A stretch of 64,000 nt of DNA from Deltaproteobacteria bacterium (lineage in GTDB: Bacteria; Myxococcota_A; UBA9160; SMWR01): positions 128,001-192,000 of the forward strand of contig JAQBHB010000093.1 in the NCBI GenBank assembly GCA_032128115.1, in the 5' to 3' direction. A program made the translations under genes and the position numbers. Below, piece by piece: positions 37,815 to 47,169 of this stretch. The notes beneath the pieces are model-generated. The model ran no database searches. It was not told the origin of the DNA and worked only from the letters and a program-made list of their open reading frames with translations. The stretch's first letter is position 1. Each line of letters starts with the position of its first letter.

Positions 37815-38819
37815 ATGAGCGACCCGCTGCGTCTGGCCCTGGTGGGGTGCGGAGCCATCTCGGAATGGCACCGCATGGGACTTCGGGACGTACCGGAGAT
37901 CGAAATCACGGCGGTCGTGGATGTGGACCGGCAGAAGGCCGAGGCCGCAGCCAAAGCCACGGGCGCCGAGGTCTTCGTGTCGCTGGATGACGCGCTCGAA
38001 CGCGGCGCCTTCGATGCCGTGGATCTCATGTTGCCCCACGGACTTCACGAATCCCTGGCGATCCAGGCCCTGAAGGCGGGCAAACACGTGCTGCTGGAGA
38101 AACCCATGGCGCCCCAGGTGGACGCATGCCAGCGGATCCTGGCGGTGGCCGCCGCGAGCTCCGGCCTGTTCATGGTGGCCGAGAATGCCCAGTACTGGCC
38201 CGAGGTGCAGTTCGCGCGCGATCTGATCCGGGCCGGGGCCATCGGTGAGGTCGTGACCGCCGCCGCACACCTGTTCTTTCCACCCATGCCCGCCTACTAC
38301 GGGGGCGACAAGGCCTGGCGCCTGGATCGGGCCGCCGCGGGGGGCGGAATCAGCATTGACACCGGCTCCCACTACATCCGCCCCCTGCGCATGTGGCTGG
38401 GCGAGATCGATCAGGTCGTGGCTGTGATGGAACGCCCCTTCGAGTCGATGGAGGGCGAGTCGCTGACCCGCGCGCTCTTCCGATTCGAGTCGGGAACCGT
38501 GGCATCGTTCGACCTGATGCTCACCGAGGCTCCCATCGGACGCCAGGACATGTTCCGCATCAGCGGCACGAAGGGCGAGATCCTGATCGGCATGCGGGTC
38601 GTCCTCTACGATGCGGAACATCGCCAGGGCATCCGGGTTCGCGAGGACGAGCCCCAGGGCTACCTGCTGTCGTACGCCGGCCAATTCCGGGATTTCGCTC
38701 GCGCGGCCCTGCACGGAACCCCGCTGGCAGCCGGTCCCGAGGTGTCGCTGGGCGAGCTGCGCACGGCGCTCGCCATGGAGCGCTCCGCCGCCAGCGGCCG
38801 CTGGGAGAAGGTCTGGTAG
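37815..38819 (+). CDS. Gfo/Idh/MocA NAD(P)-dependent oxidoreductase
   Basis: VGCGAIS, HVLLEKPMA, GGISIDTGSH. Confidence 0.85.
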   Translation: MSDPLRLALVGCGAISEWHRMGLRDVPEIEITAVVDVDRQKAEAAAKATGAEVFVSLDDALERGAFDAVDLMLPHGLHESLAIQALKAGKHVLLEKPMAPQVDACQRILAVAAASSGLFMVAENAQYWPEVQFARDLIRAGAIGEVVTAAAHLFFPPMPAYYGGDKAWRLDRAAAGGGISIDTGSHYIRPLRMWLGEIDQVVAVMERPFESMEGESLTRALFRFESGTVASFDLMLTEAPIGRQDMFRISGTKGEILIGMRVVLYDAEHRQGIRVREDEPQGYLLSYAGQFRDFARAALHGTPLAAGPEVSLGELRTALAMERSAASGRWEKVW

Positions 38820-38942
38820 ATCGGGATCCGGGCGTGGCCCGGTCCCAGTCGGCCGCAAGCATCCGACTGCAGCGGTGTCGCCGGTTTCCTGCGGTGATGA
38901 CGCCTCCGGATGGCGCAGTACACATCAGGCATCGGTTCGGGT

Positions 38943-38958
38943 TGGCATCGCAATTGCT
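38943..38958 (+). promoter_or_regulatory. Putative sigma54 -24/-12 promoter of the RND efflux operon
   Basis: TGGCATCGCAATTGCT closely matches TGGCAC-N5-TTGCW. Confidence 0.65.
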
Positions 38959-38999
38959 CCTGGAGCGGTTGGAGGACCCGCCGCCATGTCGAGTCGATC

Positions 39000-40184
39000 G
39001 TGAATCCGATCCTGCTTCGTTGGGCCCCGCTGCCCGTCCTGCTGCTGGGGGGACTGGCGGCCTGGGGGATGGCCGTGAGTCGGCCCTCGGCACTTCCCAG
39101 CGTTTCGACCCCACCCCCGCCCCGCGTTCCGGTGCAGGAAGTGTTACCCCGGGCCATGCGCGTGACCGTCCGAACCCATGGGAGCGTGGAGCCGCGCGGC
39201 GAGGTCGGTCTGGTGTCGGAGATCACGGGCCGCGTGGCCTACGTGGCGCCCTCCCTCGAGCCCGGGCGTTTCTTCGAAGCGGGCGAGCTGCTGCTGGAAT
39301 TCGACCGCACCGACGCGGAGCTGGCGCTCGACCGGGCAAACGCCCAGCTGCTGCGAAGCCAGAGCGAGGCACACCTGGCGCAAGCCCGCCTCGAGCGCCT
39401 GCGCGAGCTTCAGCGCCGTGATATCTCCAGCGCTTCCCAGCTGGAGGAGTCCGACTACGCCCATCGCATCGCACTGGCACAGCTGCGCGAGGCGCGCGTC
39501 GGGGTGGGGCAGTCCCTGCGGGAGCTGGAACGAACGCGCATCCTCGCGCCGTTCGCCGGTCTCGCCCGGGAGAAGCATATCGACGTGGGGCAGTTCGTCT
39601 CCCGGGGGACGCCGCTGGCGCGCATCCACGCCGTTGACTTCGCCGAAGTGCGCCTGCCGATTCCCAACTCGGAGCTCGGCTTTCTCGATCTTCCCGAAGG
39701 GCCGGACGCGAAGGGCGGTCCGCAGGTCGTTCTGCGCGCCCGGTATGCGGGTCACGCCGCCGAGTGGACCGGCGTGCTGGTGCGCAGCGAGGCCGAGTTC
39801 GAGCCCCGTTCGCGCATGCTGCACGTGGTGGCTCGGATCGACGATCCCTACGACCGCCGTCACACACGAGGGGGACCCCCCCTGTCTGTGGGCCTGTTCG
39901 TGGAGGCGGAGATCCAGGGCCGGCTCTTCCCCCAGGTCTTCGTGCTGCCCCGAAGCGCCCTTCGCAGCCCCGGAGAAGTGGCGGTGGTGAGTGACGACGG
40001 GCAGCTGCGCGCGCGGCCGATCGACGTGCTCCGGATCGAAGGTGAACAGATCCTGGTTCGCGGCGGGCTCGCGTCCGGCGAACGCGTGGTCATCTCCGCG
40101 GTGGGCACCATCGATGGAACCCGGGTGCGCGCGGTCCCCGTTCTCGCCGACAGCGCTCCGCTTTCGCTGGCCGAGAAGAATTGA
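39000..40184 (+). CDS. RND efflux periplasmic adaptor (MFP)
   Basis: N-terminal anchor, lipoyl-like G.V, coiled coil, RILAPFAG, GGLASGERVV; 5' end anomalous (see findings). Confidence 0.85.
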   Translation: MNPILLRWAPLPVLLLGGLAAWGMAVSRPSALPSVSTPPPPRVPVQEVLPRAMRVTVRTHGSVEPRGEVGLVSEITGRVAYVAPSLEPGRFFEAGELLLEFDRTDAELALDRANAQLLRSQSEAHLAQARLERLRELQRRDISSASQLEESDYAHRIALAQLREARVGVGQSLRELERTRILAPFAGLAREKHIDVGQFVSRGTPLARIHAVDFAEVRLPIPNSELGFLDLPEGPDAKGGPQVVLRARYAGHAAEWTGVLVRSEAEFEPRSRMLHVVARIDDPYDRRHTRGGPPLSVGLFVEAEIQGRLFPQVFVLPRSALRSPGEVAVVSDDGQLRARPIDVLRIEGEQILVRGGLASGERVVISAVGTIDGTRVRAVPVLADSAPLSLAEKN

Positions 40185-43100
40185 TGCAGGCGCTCGTCAC
40201 CTGGTTCGCGCGAAACCCGGTCGCAGCCAATCTCCTGATGGCCTTCATCGTGGTCGCGGGCGGGGTCAGCATCGCGACCCTGCGCCAGGAAACGTTTCCC
40301 AACGTCGCGTTCGACATGATCCACATCGGCGTGGTGCACCCGGGCGCGGCCCCCGATGAGGTCGAAGAGGCCATCTGCGTCCGCATCGAAGAGGCCATCC
40401 ACGGCGTGCCGGGCATCGACCGCATCTTCTCGGAGGCGTCCGAGGGCATGGGTGCCGTATGGGCGCAGCTCCAGGTGGACGCCGATCCGCGGCAGGTGGT
40501 GGAGGAGATCAAGAATCGCATCGATGCGCTCGACACCCTTCCGGAAGCCGCCGAGAAGCCGGTGGTCAGCGAGCTGATCGACGACTCGGTGCTCCTCGGC
40601 CTTGCCGTGTACGGCGACCGAGACGAAGCCACCCTGCGCGCCCTGGCCGAACGCCTGCGAGATGGCGTCACGGCGCTGCCCCAGGTGAGCCGCGCCGAGC
40701 TGGTGGGCGTGCGTCCCTACGAGCTGACCCTCCAGGTGTCGGAGCGAGACCTGCGCCGCCACGGGCTCGATTTCGACGATCTGGTGAGCGCCGTGCGCGC
40801 GTCTTCCCTCGACCTGTCGGGCGGCTCGCTCAAGACGCGCTCCGGCGAGATCCTGGTGCGGGCCCAGGGCCAGGCCCACCGCGGCCCCGAGTTCGAACGC
40901 CTGGTGCTCCTCACCCGGAGCGATGGCACGCGCCTGTACCTGGGGGATGTGGCCCGGGTGGTAGACGGCTTTGCGGAAACCGAGGAGAAGGTCCGTCTCA
41001 ACGGGAAGCCGGCGGCGGTCGTACGCGTACTCACGAGCGAAAAGGAGAACGTTCTGGAGATCTCGCGGGCGGTGCGCGCCTACGTCGAATCGGAGCGCCA
41101 GACCCTGCCGGATGGCGTGCACCTGACCCGATGGCACGACCAGTCCGCGGCCTTCGAGAGTCGGCGCGAGCTGCTGCTTCGCAACGGCGCCCAGGGGCTC
41201 GCGTTGATCCTGCTGGTGCTGGCGCTCTTCCTGCGCCTGCGGTTGGCGAGCTGGGTGGCGATGGGGATACCCATCTCGTTCCTGGGTGCCCTGGCCGCCA
41301 TGGCCGCCTTCGACGTCTCCATCAACATGATGTCCCTCTTCGGCTTCATCGTGGCCCTGGGTCTGGTGGTGGACGACGCCATCATCATTGGCGAGAACGT
41401 GGAGCGCCATCAGCGTGCCAGCGGGGAACGCCTCCAGGGCGCCATCGACGGTGTGGTGGAGGTGGCGGTGCCGGTCACGGCGGCGGTCCTCACCACCGTC
41501 TTCTTCGTGATGCCGACGCTGACGCTCCCCACCAAGATCGGCAAGATATCCGCCTCGCTGGGCCTGGTGGTCATTGCATGCCTGATCATTTCCCTGGTGG
41601 AATCCCTGCTCATCCTGCCGGCACACCTGGCCGGAGACTCGCGGCGCGAATCGGCGCCCGGGCCTTCGCGTGGCGTGTGGGCTGCGGTAGTGCGCAGCCA
41701 GAGCCGTTTCGAGGCTGCTGTCGAGAGTTTCATCGAGCGCCGTTACCGGCCTGTTCTCGAACGGTGTCTGCGTTGGCCCGTGCTCACGCTGGCGGTCGGC
41801 GCCGCGATCCTGATGCTGGCGGTGGGCAGCATCGCGGGCGGCTGGGTCCGGTACAGCTTCCTGCCGGACATGGAAGACGATTACGTGACGGCGCGTCTCG
41901 TGATGCCCCAGGGCACGCCTCCCGAGGCCGTCGAGGCCGGTGTCCAGCGCATCGAGCGGGAGGCGCTGCAGCTCGAACGGGCGATCGAGGCCGAGGCGGG
42001 CGGGGCCGAGATCTTCCGTAACGTGCTCGTGGCGATCGGTGACCCGCCGTACCAGTACAACGACTTCCAGGGCAGCGGCGACGATTCGAGCGTGGCCAAC
42101 GTGCGGATCGGGCTCGTACCCGGCGAGGAGCGCCAGATTTCGAGCCTGGAGATCGAGGACCGCTGGCGCGCGGCCGTAGGTCCGATCCCCGGCGCGCAAT
42201 CGCTCGTCTTCAGCGGCACGGATCTGAACGACGTTGCCATCGACATTTCCCTGGCAGGGATCGATCGAGCCTCGCTGCGCCGCGCGGCCGAGGAACTCGG
42301 GGTCGCTCTTGCCCGGGAGCCGGGCGTGCGCGAGGTGAGCGACAGCCTGAGCGGTGGCAAGCACGAACTCGCGCTGCACATGCGTCCCGAGGCCGAAGCC
42401 CTGGGACTCAGCCTGGCGGAGGTCACGCGCCAGATCCGCCAGGGCCTTCACGGCGAAGAAGTGCAACGCATCCAGCGCGGGCGTGACGATGTGGCGGTGG
42501 TGGTGCGCTACCCGCCGGAAGAGCGCACCTCGCTGCAGAACCTGGAGGACATCCGGATCCGCGTGCCCGGGGGAGGCGGCGAGATTCCGTTCCCGGCGGT
42601 GGCCCGGGCGGAGTTGACGCGGGGATATTCGAAGATCGAGCGTCGCGATCGCAGGACCCAGGTGGCGGTCATGGCCAACGTGGACAAGGACGTCACGAGC
42701 GCTGGCGAAGTCGTGGCGAAGATCGAGGCGGGCGCGCTTCCGAGCCTGATGGAGCGCTATCCTGGCCTGGAATACGACCTCTTCGGGGCCTCGCGCGAGG
42801 AGGCGGAGATGAGTGCCAGCCTGGCAAAGGGCTGGCTGCTGGCGCTCTTTGCCTCCTATGCCCTGTTGGCGGTGCCGCTGCGTTCGTATCTGCAGCCGCT
42901 GCTGATCCTGTTGGCGATCCCCTTCGGGTTGGTGGGCGGAGTCCTGGGGCACGCCCTGCTGGGTCTCACCTTCTCGGGATTCTCGTTGGTGGGACTGGTC
43001 GCGCTCACGGGTGTCGTGGTGAACGACGCCCTGGTGCTGATGGATCGAGCCAATCGCCTGCGCGGCGAGGGCGTACCGGTGCACGCGGCGCTGTGCCAGG

Positions 43101-43369
43101 CGGCCACCACCCGCTTCCGGGCGATCGCGCTGACCTCCACCACCACGTTCATCGGACTGCTTCCGTTGCTGTTCGAGCGCTCGGCCCAGGCGGCCTGGCT
43201 CAAGCCCATGGCCGTGACCCTGGGCTTCGGTGTCATGTTCGCCACGCTGATCACGTTGCTTCTCGTGCCCGCCGCCTACCTGCTGCTCGAGGAGGCGACC
43301 GAGTCCGTGGGCGTCGTAACCAGGTTGAAAGGCAGCGGGTTCAGTCGCCCGGCCACAGCCGCTCGATGA
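40184..43369 (+). CDS. RND efflux permease (AcrB/AcrD/AcrF family)
   Basis: WFARNPVAANLLM, GLVVDDAIIIGEN, GVVVND, RFRAIALTS; about 1060 aa. Confidence 0.92.
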   Translation: MQALVTWFARNPVAANLLMAFIVVAGGVSIATLRQETFPNVAFDMIHIGVVHPGAAPDEVEEAICVRIEEAIHGVPGIDRIFSEASEGMGAVWAQLQVDADPRQVVEEIKNRIDALDTLPEAAEKPVVSELIDDSVLLGLAVYGDRDEATLRALAERLRDGVTALPQVSRAELVGVRPYELTLQVSERDLRRHGLDFDDLVSAVRASSLDLSGGSLKTRSGEILVRAQGQAHRGPEFERLVLLTRSDGTRLYLGDVARVVDGFAETEEKVRLNGKPAAVVRVLTSEKENVLEISRAVRAYVESERQTLPDGVHLTRWHDQSAAFESRRELLLRNGAQGLALILLVLALFLRLRLASWVAMGIPISFLGALAAMAAFDVSINMMSLFGFIVALGLVVDDAIIIGENVERHQRASGERLQGAIDGVVEVAVPVTAAVLTTVFFVMPTLTLPTKIGKISASLGLVVIACLIISLVESLLILPAHLAGDSRRESAPGPSRGVWAAVVRSQSRFEAAVESFIERRYRPVLERCLRWPVLTLAVGAAILMLAVGSIAGGWVRYSFLPDMEDDYVTARLVMPQGTPPEAVEAGVQRIEREALQLERAIEAEAGGAEIFRNVLVAIGDPPYQYNDFQGSGDDSSVANVRIGLVPGEERQISSLEIEDRWRAAVGPIPGAQSLVFSGTDLNDVAIDISLAGIDRASLRRAAEELGVALAREPGVREVSDSLSGGKHELALHMRPEAEALGLSLAEVTRQIRQGLHGEEVQRIQRGRDDVAVVVRYPPEERTSLQNLEDIRIRVPGGGGEIPFPAVARAELTRGYSKIERRDRRTQVAVMANVDKDVTSAGEVVAKIEAGALPSLMERYPGLEYDLFGASREEAEMSASLAKGWLLALFASYALLAVPLRSYLQPLLILLAIPFGLVGGVLGHALLGLTFSGFSLVGLVALTGVVVNDALVLMDRANRLRGEGVPVHAALCQAATTRFRAIALTSTTTFIGLLPLLFERSAQAAWLKPMAVTLGFGVMFATLITLLLVPAAYLLLEEATESVGVVTRLKGSGFSRPATAAR

Positions 43370-45122
43370 GACGGCTCATTTCCTCGGCAGTGGTGCCGGT
43401 AAGCACCTCGCTTCCCGCGAGCATGGCCCGTTTTCCCACCCGGTACTGGTGAAGCGTCAATTCCCACGGCCCCTCTGAGTTCGCCCAGGTGTTCCGAGCG
43501 GCACGGGCATACGCGAGGCTCAGCATCTGACGGTTCACGTCGAGATCGGGAATCACGATGCGGCGCGCGAAATATGGCGCGATCGCGTCCGCGGCGGGAA
43601 GGAAGGGAAGATTTCGATACGATGCCGGTGTTTTCGCGTCCACGTGGCCCGAGATGAACGCTGCGAACCGGTTCGGCGCAACCAGAAGATTGCGACCGAT
43701 GGCGTGGACATCCAGCGGCGAGTCGAACCCCAGCGCGGCCGACACTTCTCGCGCGAATTCCAGGTCGATCCGTGCGTGGCGAGAATCCGAGTAGCGCAGA
43801 TCGGATCGGGCTGGTCTGGATGGCTCGTTGCAGCTGGGTTGTTCGCCCTCGTTCCAACCGGCGCTGAATCGGTCCGGCCAGTAGGGCCACAAGGCGATTC
43901 CGTCCACGATCTCGATCTCGCCCTCGATGAAGGTCCAGATCGCTGCGGCGCGAGCGAGGAAGCGCCGATCTCCGGTCCATTCGTGCAACTCGAGCGCCAA
44001 CAGCCCGACCAGGCTCTGGTGGTTGAGAGGGGCAACGATCCCGTCGAATTCGTGCGCGGTGCACGGGGTGAAGCGGTAGGAGTCGAGCCAATCGTCCTCG
44101 AAGCTGTCGAGCATCGTGATGGCCGAGCCCAGCACGCGATCCCGGAGCGCAGGCGTCAGCCGGGGCAGGGCACGGATCAGCCCCAGGTAGATCCCCGCGT
44201 TGTTGATCAGCAGGGCGATGGGCGTTTCGCGGTCGATGCTGTACTTGCCGCTGTTGAGGCGACCGTTCCCATCGGCCTGATCGAGAATCGCATGCGCCGC
44301 CTCCTCCAGGATCGCGTCGAATCGGGAGGTGCCCGTCAGGGCAGCCAACTGGGCCATGGCATCGATCCGGTAGCGGGTATTCCAGGCCAGGCGGCCCAGG
44401 TCATCGGATCCGTATGCGAGCGGCTCACCGAACTGGCTGCGAGTCAGCTCGAGCATTGCGAAGTAGACCGCAATCGCGGCTGCGGAGCCCGTGACCTCCA
44501 CGATCGATGGCTTGGAATCCTCTTGAACCAGGTGCAAGGAGTCGGGACTCTCCATCAAGACCTGGAGCGAACCCTTGTTCCGGGGGCGGGCTACCACGAA
44601 GCGATCCGCCTCCGCGTCGAAGCCGAGAATCAGGGGGCGGCCGCGGTGATCGGCGACGATACGATCGGCGTAGAAGGGAAGCTCGTGACAGATGGCAACC
44701 GAGTCGTCCCGGCGTTGCAGGCAGAGCGCCGATTCGTCGCTTGCGTAGTCGTATCGCAGCCACGCGAGCTGGCGCCGTAGAAACGTGGGCTGGGTGTGGA
44801 TCTGGTTCGGCCCGGCGCCGGCGATCCTCCCGTTTCGCCACACCACGGATTCGCGCACGGAGAGGGCCATCTGGGAGAAGGCGTACGAGCCGGATCGGTT
44901 TTCGGTGAGGTCGAACTCCACCCAGCGGTCCGACGTCACGGCGGCGCCGTCCCGGTAGACGTCGGTCGCACCGGCAGGCGCCACGCGGATCTCGATGGCG
45001 GGAGCGGACTTTCGTGATTCGCGCTCGAGCGCGACGAGGGACGTCGGAACGGCGCACACGAGGAGCGCTCCGAGCCAGGCCGTCCCGACGGCGAAGCGGG
45101 TGCGGGTGGCAGCCGAATGCAC
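43341..45122 (-). CDS. Exported hypothetical protein, possible alpha/alpha-toroid (six-hairpin glycosidase-like) C-terminal domain
   Basis: Signal-like N-terminus; helix-hairpin repeats (LAALTGTSRF, LHEWTGDRRFLARA), WPYWP. Confidence 0.5.
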   Translation of the reverse strand: MHSAATRTRFAVGTAWLGALLVCAVPTSLVALERESRKSAPAIEIRVAPAGATDVYRDGAAVTSDRWVEFDLTENRSGSYAFSQMALSVRESVVWRNGRIAGAGPNQIHTQPTFLRRQLAWLRYDYASDESALCLQRRDDSVAICHELPFYADRIVADHRGRPLILGFDAEADRFVVARPRNKGSLQVLMESPDSLHLVQEDSKPSIVEVTGSAAAIAVYFAMLELTRSQFGEPLAYGSDDLGRLAWNTRYRIDAMAQLAALTGTSRFDAILEEAAHAILDQADGNGRLNSGKYSIDRETPIALLINNAGIYLGLIRALPRLTPALRDRVLGSAITMLDSFEDDWLDSYRFTPCTAHEFDGIVAPLNHQSLVGLLALELHEWTGDRRFLARAAAIWTFIEGEIEIVDGIALWPYWPDRFSAGWNEGEQPSCNEPSRPARSDLRYSDSRHARIDLEFAREVSAALGFDSPLDVHAIGRNLLVAPNRFAAFISGHVDAKTPASYRNLPFLPAADAIAPYFARRIVIPDLDVNRQMLSLAYARAARNTWANSEGPWELTLHQYRVGKRAMLAGSEVLTGTTAEEMSRLIERLWPGD

Positions 45123-45176
45123 GGGTATCCCGAATCGGCAGATGGGACGAGGGGCTGAAGCCTGCCTGGGAGCGTC

Positions 45177-45256
45177 CGGGAGGGATCGGGGTCAGGGAGG
45201 GATCGGGTGAGGGAGCGATCGGGTCAGGGAGCGATCGGGGTCAGGGAGCGATTGGA
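45177..45256. repeat. About 5 x 16-17-bp tandem repeat duplicating the 3' end and stop codon of the TMTC-like gene
   Basis: T(C/G)AGGGAG(C/G)GATCGGG(G) units; minus strand reads ATCGCTCCCTGA. Confidence 0.85.
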
Positions 45257-47169
45257 TCTGCCGGGATGGAGTCCTCCCGGAGGGGCTGGCGATCGAGATA
45301 GAGATCCCGGCGAGCGGCGAGATCTCGCCGGCGCCCCGCCGGCGCGGCTCGAATCGCCAGCGTCTGCCAGTGCACGGCCCCTGCGAAATCACCGTTTTCG
45401 GCGTGGGCTGCGGCAAGCGTGCCCAGGATGGCGGGCTTGCGGTGGCCGGTGGCGCCCGCGGCGCGGGAGGCCCAGTGGAGAGCCTCGGCACCGTCGCGCA
45501 GCGACGCGTCGCTGGATGTCGCGAGGATCCAGGCCAGGTTGTTGGCTGCCTCGACCGAATCGGAATCGATCTCCAGGGCCCGCCGATACTGATCGACGGC
45601 AGCGGGCCAGTCGCCGCGTTTGCTTGCCAGGGCAGCCAGTTTTCGGTGGGCTCGCGCCGGGTCGGGGTCGAGGGAAAACGCCTGCTCGTAGTGTCGGGCG
45701 GCCCCGGCGAAGTCACCGCGGCGTTCGAGCAGCGCAGCCAGGTTGTTGTGGGCTTCGGAGAATTCAGGATCGCTGTCGAGGGCGTGCCCGTAGGCGGCCT
45801 CCGCCGCGGCGAGGTCGCCTTGCGCGGCCGATACCGCCGCCATGCCGAAATGGGCGCGCGCGTGATCCGGGCGAAGTGCCAGGGCCTCGCGGTAGTGGCG
45901 CTCCGCCATCTCCCAGTGGCCGCTTGCCCGGTAGACCTCTCCGAGGCTCACATGGGGTTGCACGGCCTTCGGGTCGGAGGCCAGCCAGCGGGCATGAAAC
46001 ACCTGGTCATCGCGAAAGGTCTTCGCGCGGGCCAGACTGAAACCACCCCATACGAGCGTGAGGCCCAGGGCCGAAAGCGTTGCAACCCGACGCGTCGTCG
46101 GTCGTTCCCAGCCGGGCGATACCAGGGCGGCGGCCGCGCCCAGCCACCCCACCCCCGCGAGCAACGTGTAGCGTTCCGCGAAGGTTGCCTCCTGCATCAG
46201 GAAGTTCGCCGTGGGCAGCAGGGCGAGCCCGATCCAACCCAGCCAGAACCAGAGCACGCGCCGGGCGGATCGGTCGCGGCCGCGGGCGAGTCCTACGAAG
46301 CCGGCCACGACCACGGCGCACACGACCAGTCGGATCGGCGAGAGCCACACCTGTGTGCGTGGCTCGTAGCGAAGTTCCAGGTACGGGGTCAGCTGGGTCT
46401 GCAGGGCGTACACCCCGGAGAGCAGGGGGCCCCAGGGATTCTCGAAGAGGGCCCACCGGATCTCCTCTCCGCCGGGAAAGATCCACGATCGGAGCAGCGC
46501 GTAGCCGCCGGCGATGGCCACCACCGGCGCATAGCGCCGGAGCCAGCGACCCACGTCGCGGCCGGGGGGGGCGGAGGTCAGGCCCAGCCCATCGGCCAGT
46601 ACAAACAGCCCAGGCACCACCACGGCCTGTTCCTTGGAGAGCAGCGCCAATGCGAAGGCGACCAGTGCAGCGGCGTAGGCCACTGCTCCCGGACGCAGGA
46701 AGGCGTAGAGCGCCGCCAGCACGAAGACGGCGGGAATCAACGTCTCGCGTCCCGACGCGATGGGGTACACGCAGGACGAAGCCACCGGGTGCACGGCGAA
46801 CACGGCAGCGGCGAGAAGGGCCGGGCCCGGCGCGACCCGGAAAACAGGAAGCCTGAGCAGCGCGTAAAGCACGAGGGTCGCGATCGCCAACAACACCGTG
46901 TTGAAGGCGTGGTAGGCGGCGGGCGCGTTCCCGTGCAGGGCTTTTTGTGCCACCAGGGTCGAGCGGGAAATCGGACGATAATACGGGAGGTTGAACCAAT
47001 GCCGTTCACCGAATACACGAAACAGATCCGAGGCCGATTCCGGAGCCGGCGCGTCGATGATCAGGACGTGGTCGTCGTAGACGAACCCGTTCCGGAGCGA
47101 CGGTGCATAGAGCGCCAACACCCCCAGCACGAGGGCGGCCGGGCCCAGCCCGCCGCGCCAGGATTTCAG
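45241..47169 (-). CDS. TMTC-like GT-C membrane protein with C-terminal TPR repeats (putative protein glycosyltransferase)
   Basis: GFVYDD, YYRP, YH..N..L, FAVHP, LLSKE, AERY motifs followed by TPRs; start uncertain (CTG 47169 or GTG 47130). Confidence 0.75.
   Translation of the reverse strand: MKSWRGGLGPAALVLGVLALYAPSLRNGFVYDDHVLIIDAPAPESASDLFRVFGERHWFNLPYYRPISRSTLVAQKALHGNAPAAYHAFNTVLLAIATLVLYALLRLPVFRVAPGPALLAAAVFAVHPVASSCVYPIASGRETLIPAVFVLAALYAFLRPGAVAYAAALVAFALALLSKEQAVVVPGLFVLADGLGLTSAPPGRDVGRWLRRYAPVVAIAGGYALLRSWIFPGGEEIRWALFENPWGPLLSGVYALQTQLTPYLELRYEPRTQVWLSPIRLVVCAVVVAGFVGLARGRDRSARRVLWFWLGWIGLALLPTANFLMQEATFAERYTLLAGVGWLGAAAALVSPGWERPTTRRVATLSALGLTLVWGGFSLARAKTFRDDQVFHARWLASDPKAVQPHVSLGEVYRASGHWEMAERHYREALALRPDHARAHFGMAAVSAAQGDLAAAEAAYGHALDSDPEFSEAHNNLAALLERRGDFAGAARHYEQAFSLDPDPARAHRKLAALASKRGDWPAAVDQYRRALEIDSDSVEAANNLAWILATSSDASLRDGAEALHWASRAAGATGHRKPAILGTLAAAHAENGDFAGAVHWQTLAIRAAPAGRRRDLAARRDLYLDRQPLREDSIPADPIAP

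Noticed and set aside
39860..43084. 1074-aa minus-strand ORF and similar long antisense ORFs (e.g. 24854-27418, 49746-52463, 15539-17836, 18984-21293)
   Set aside because: Shadow frames of well-supported genes, expected in high-GC DNA; no recognisable motifs
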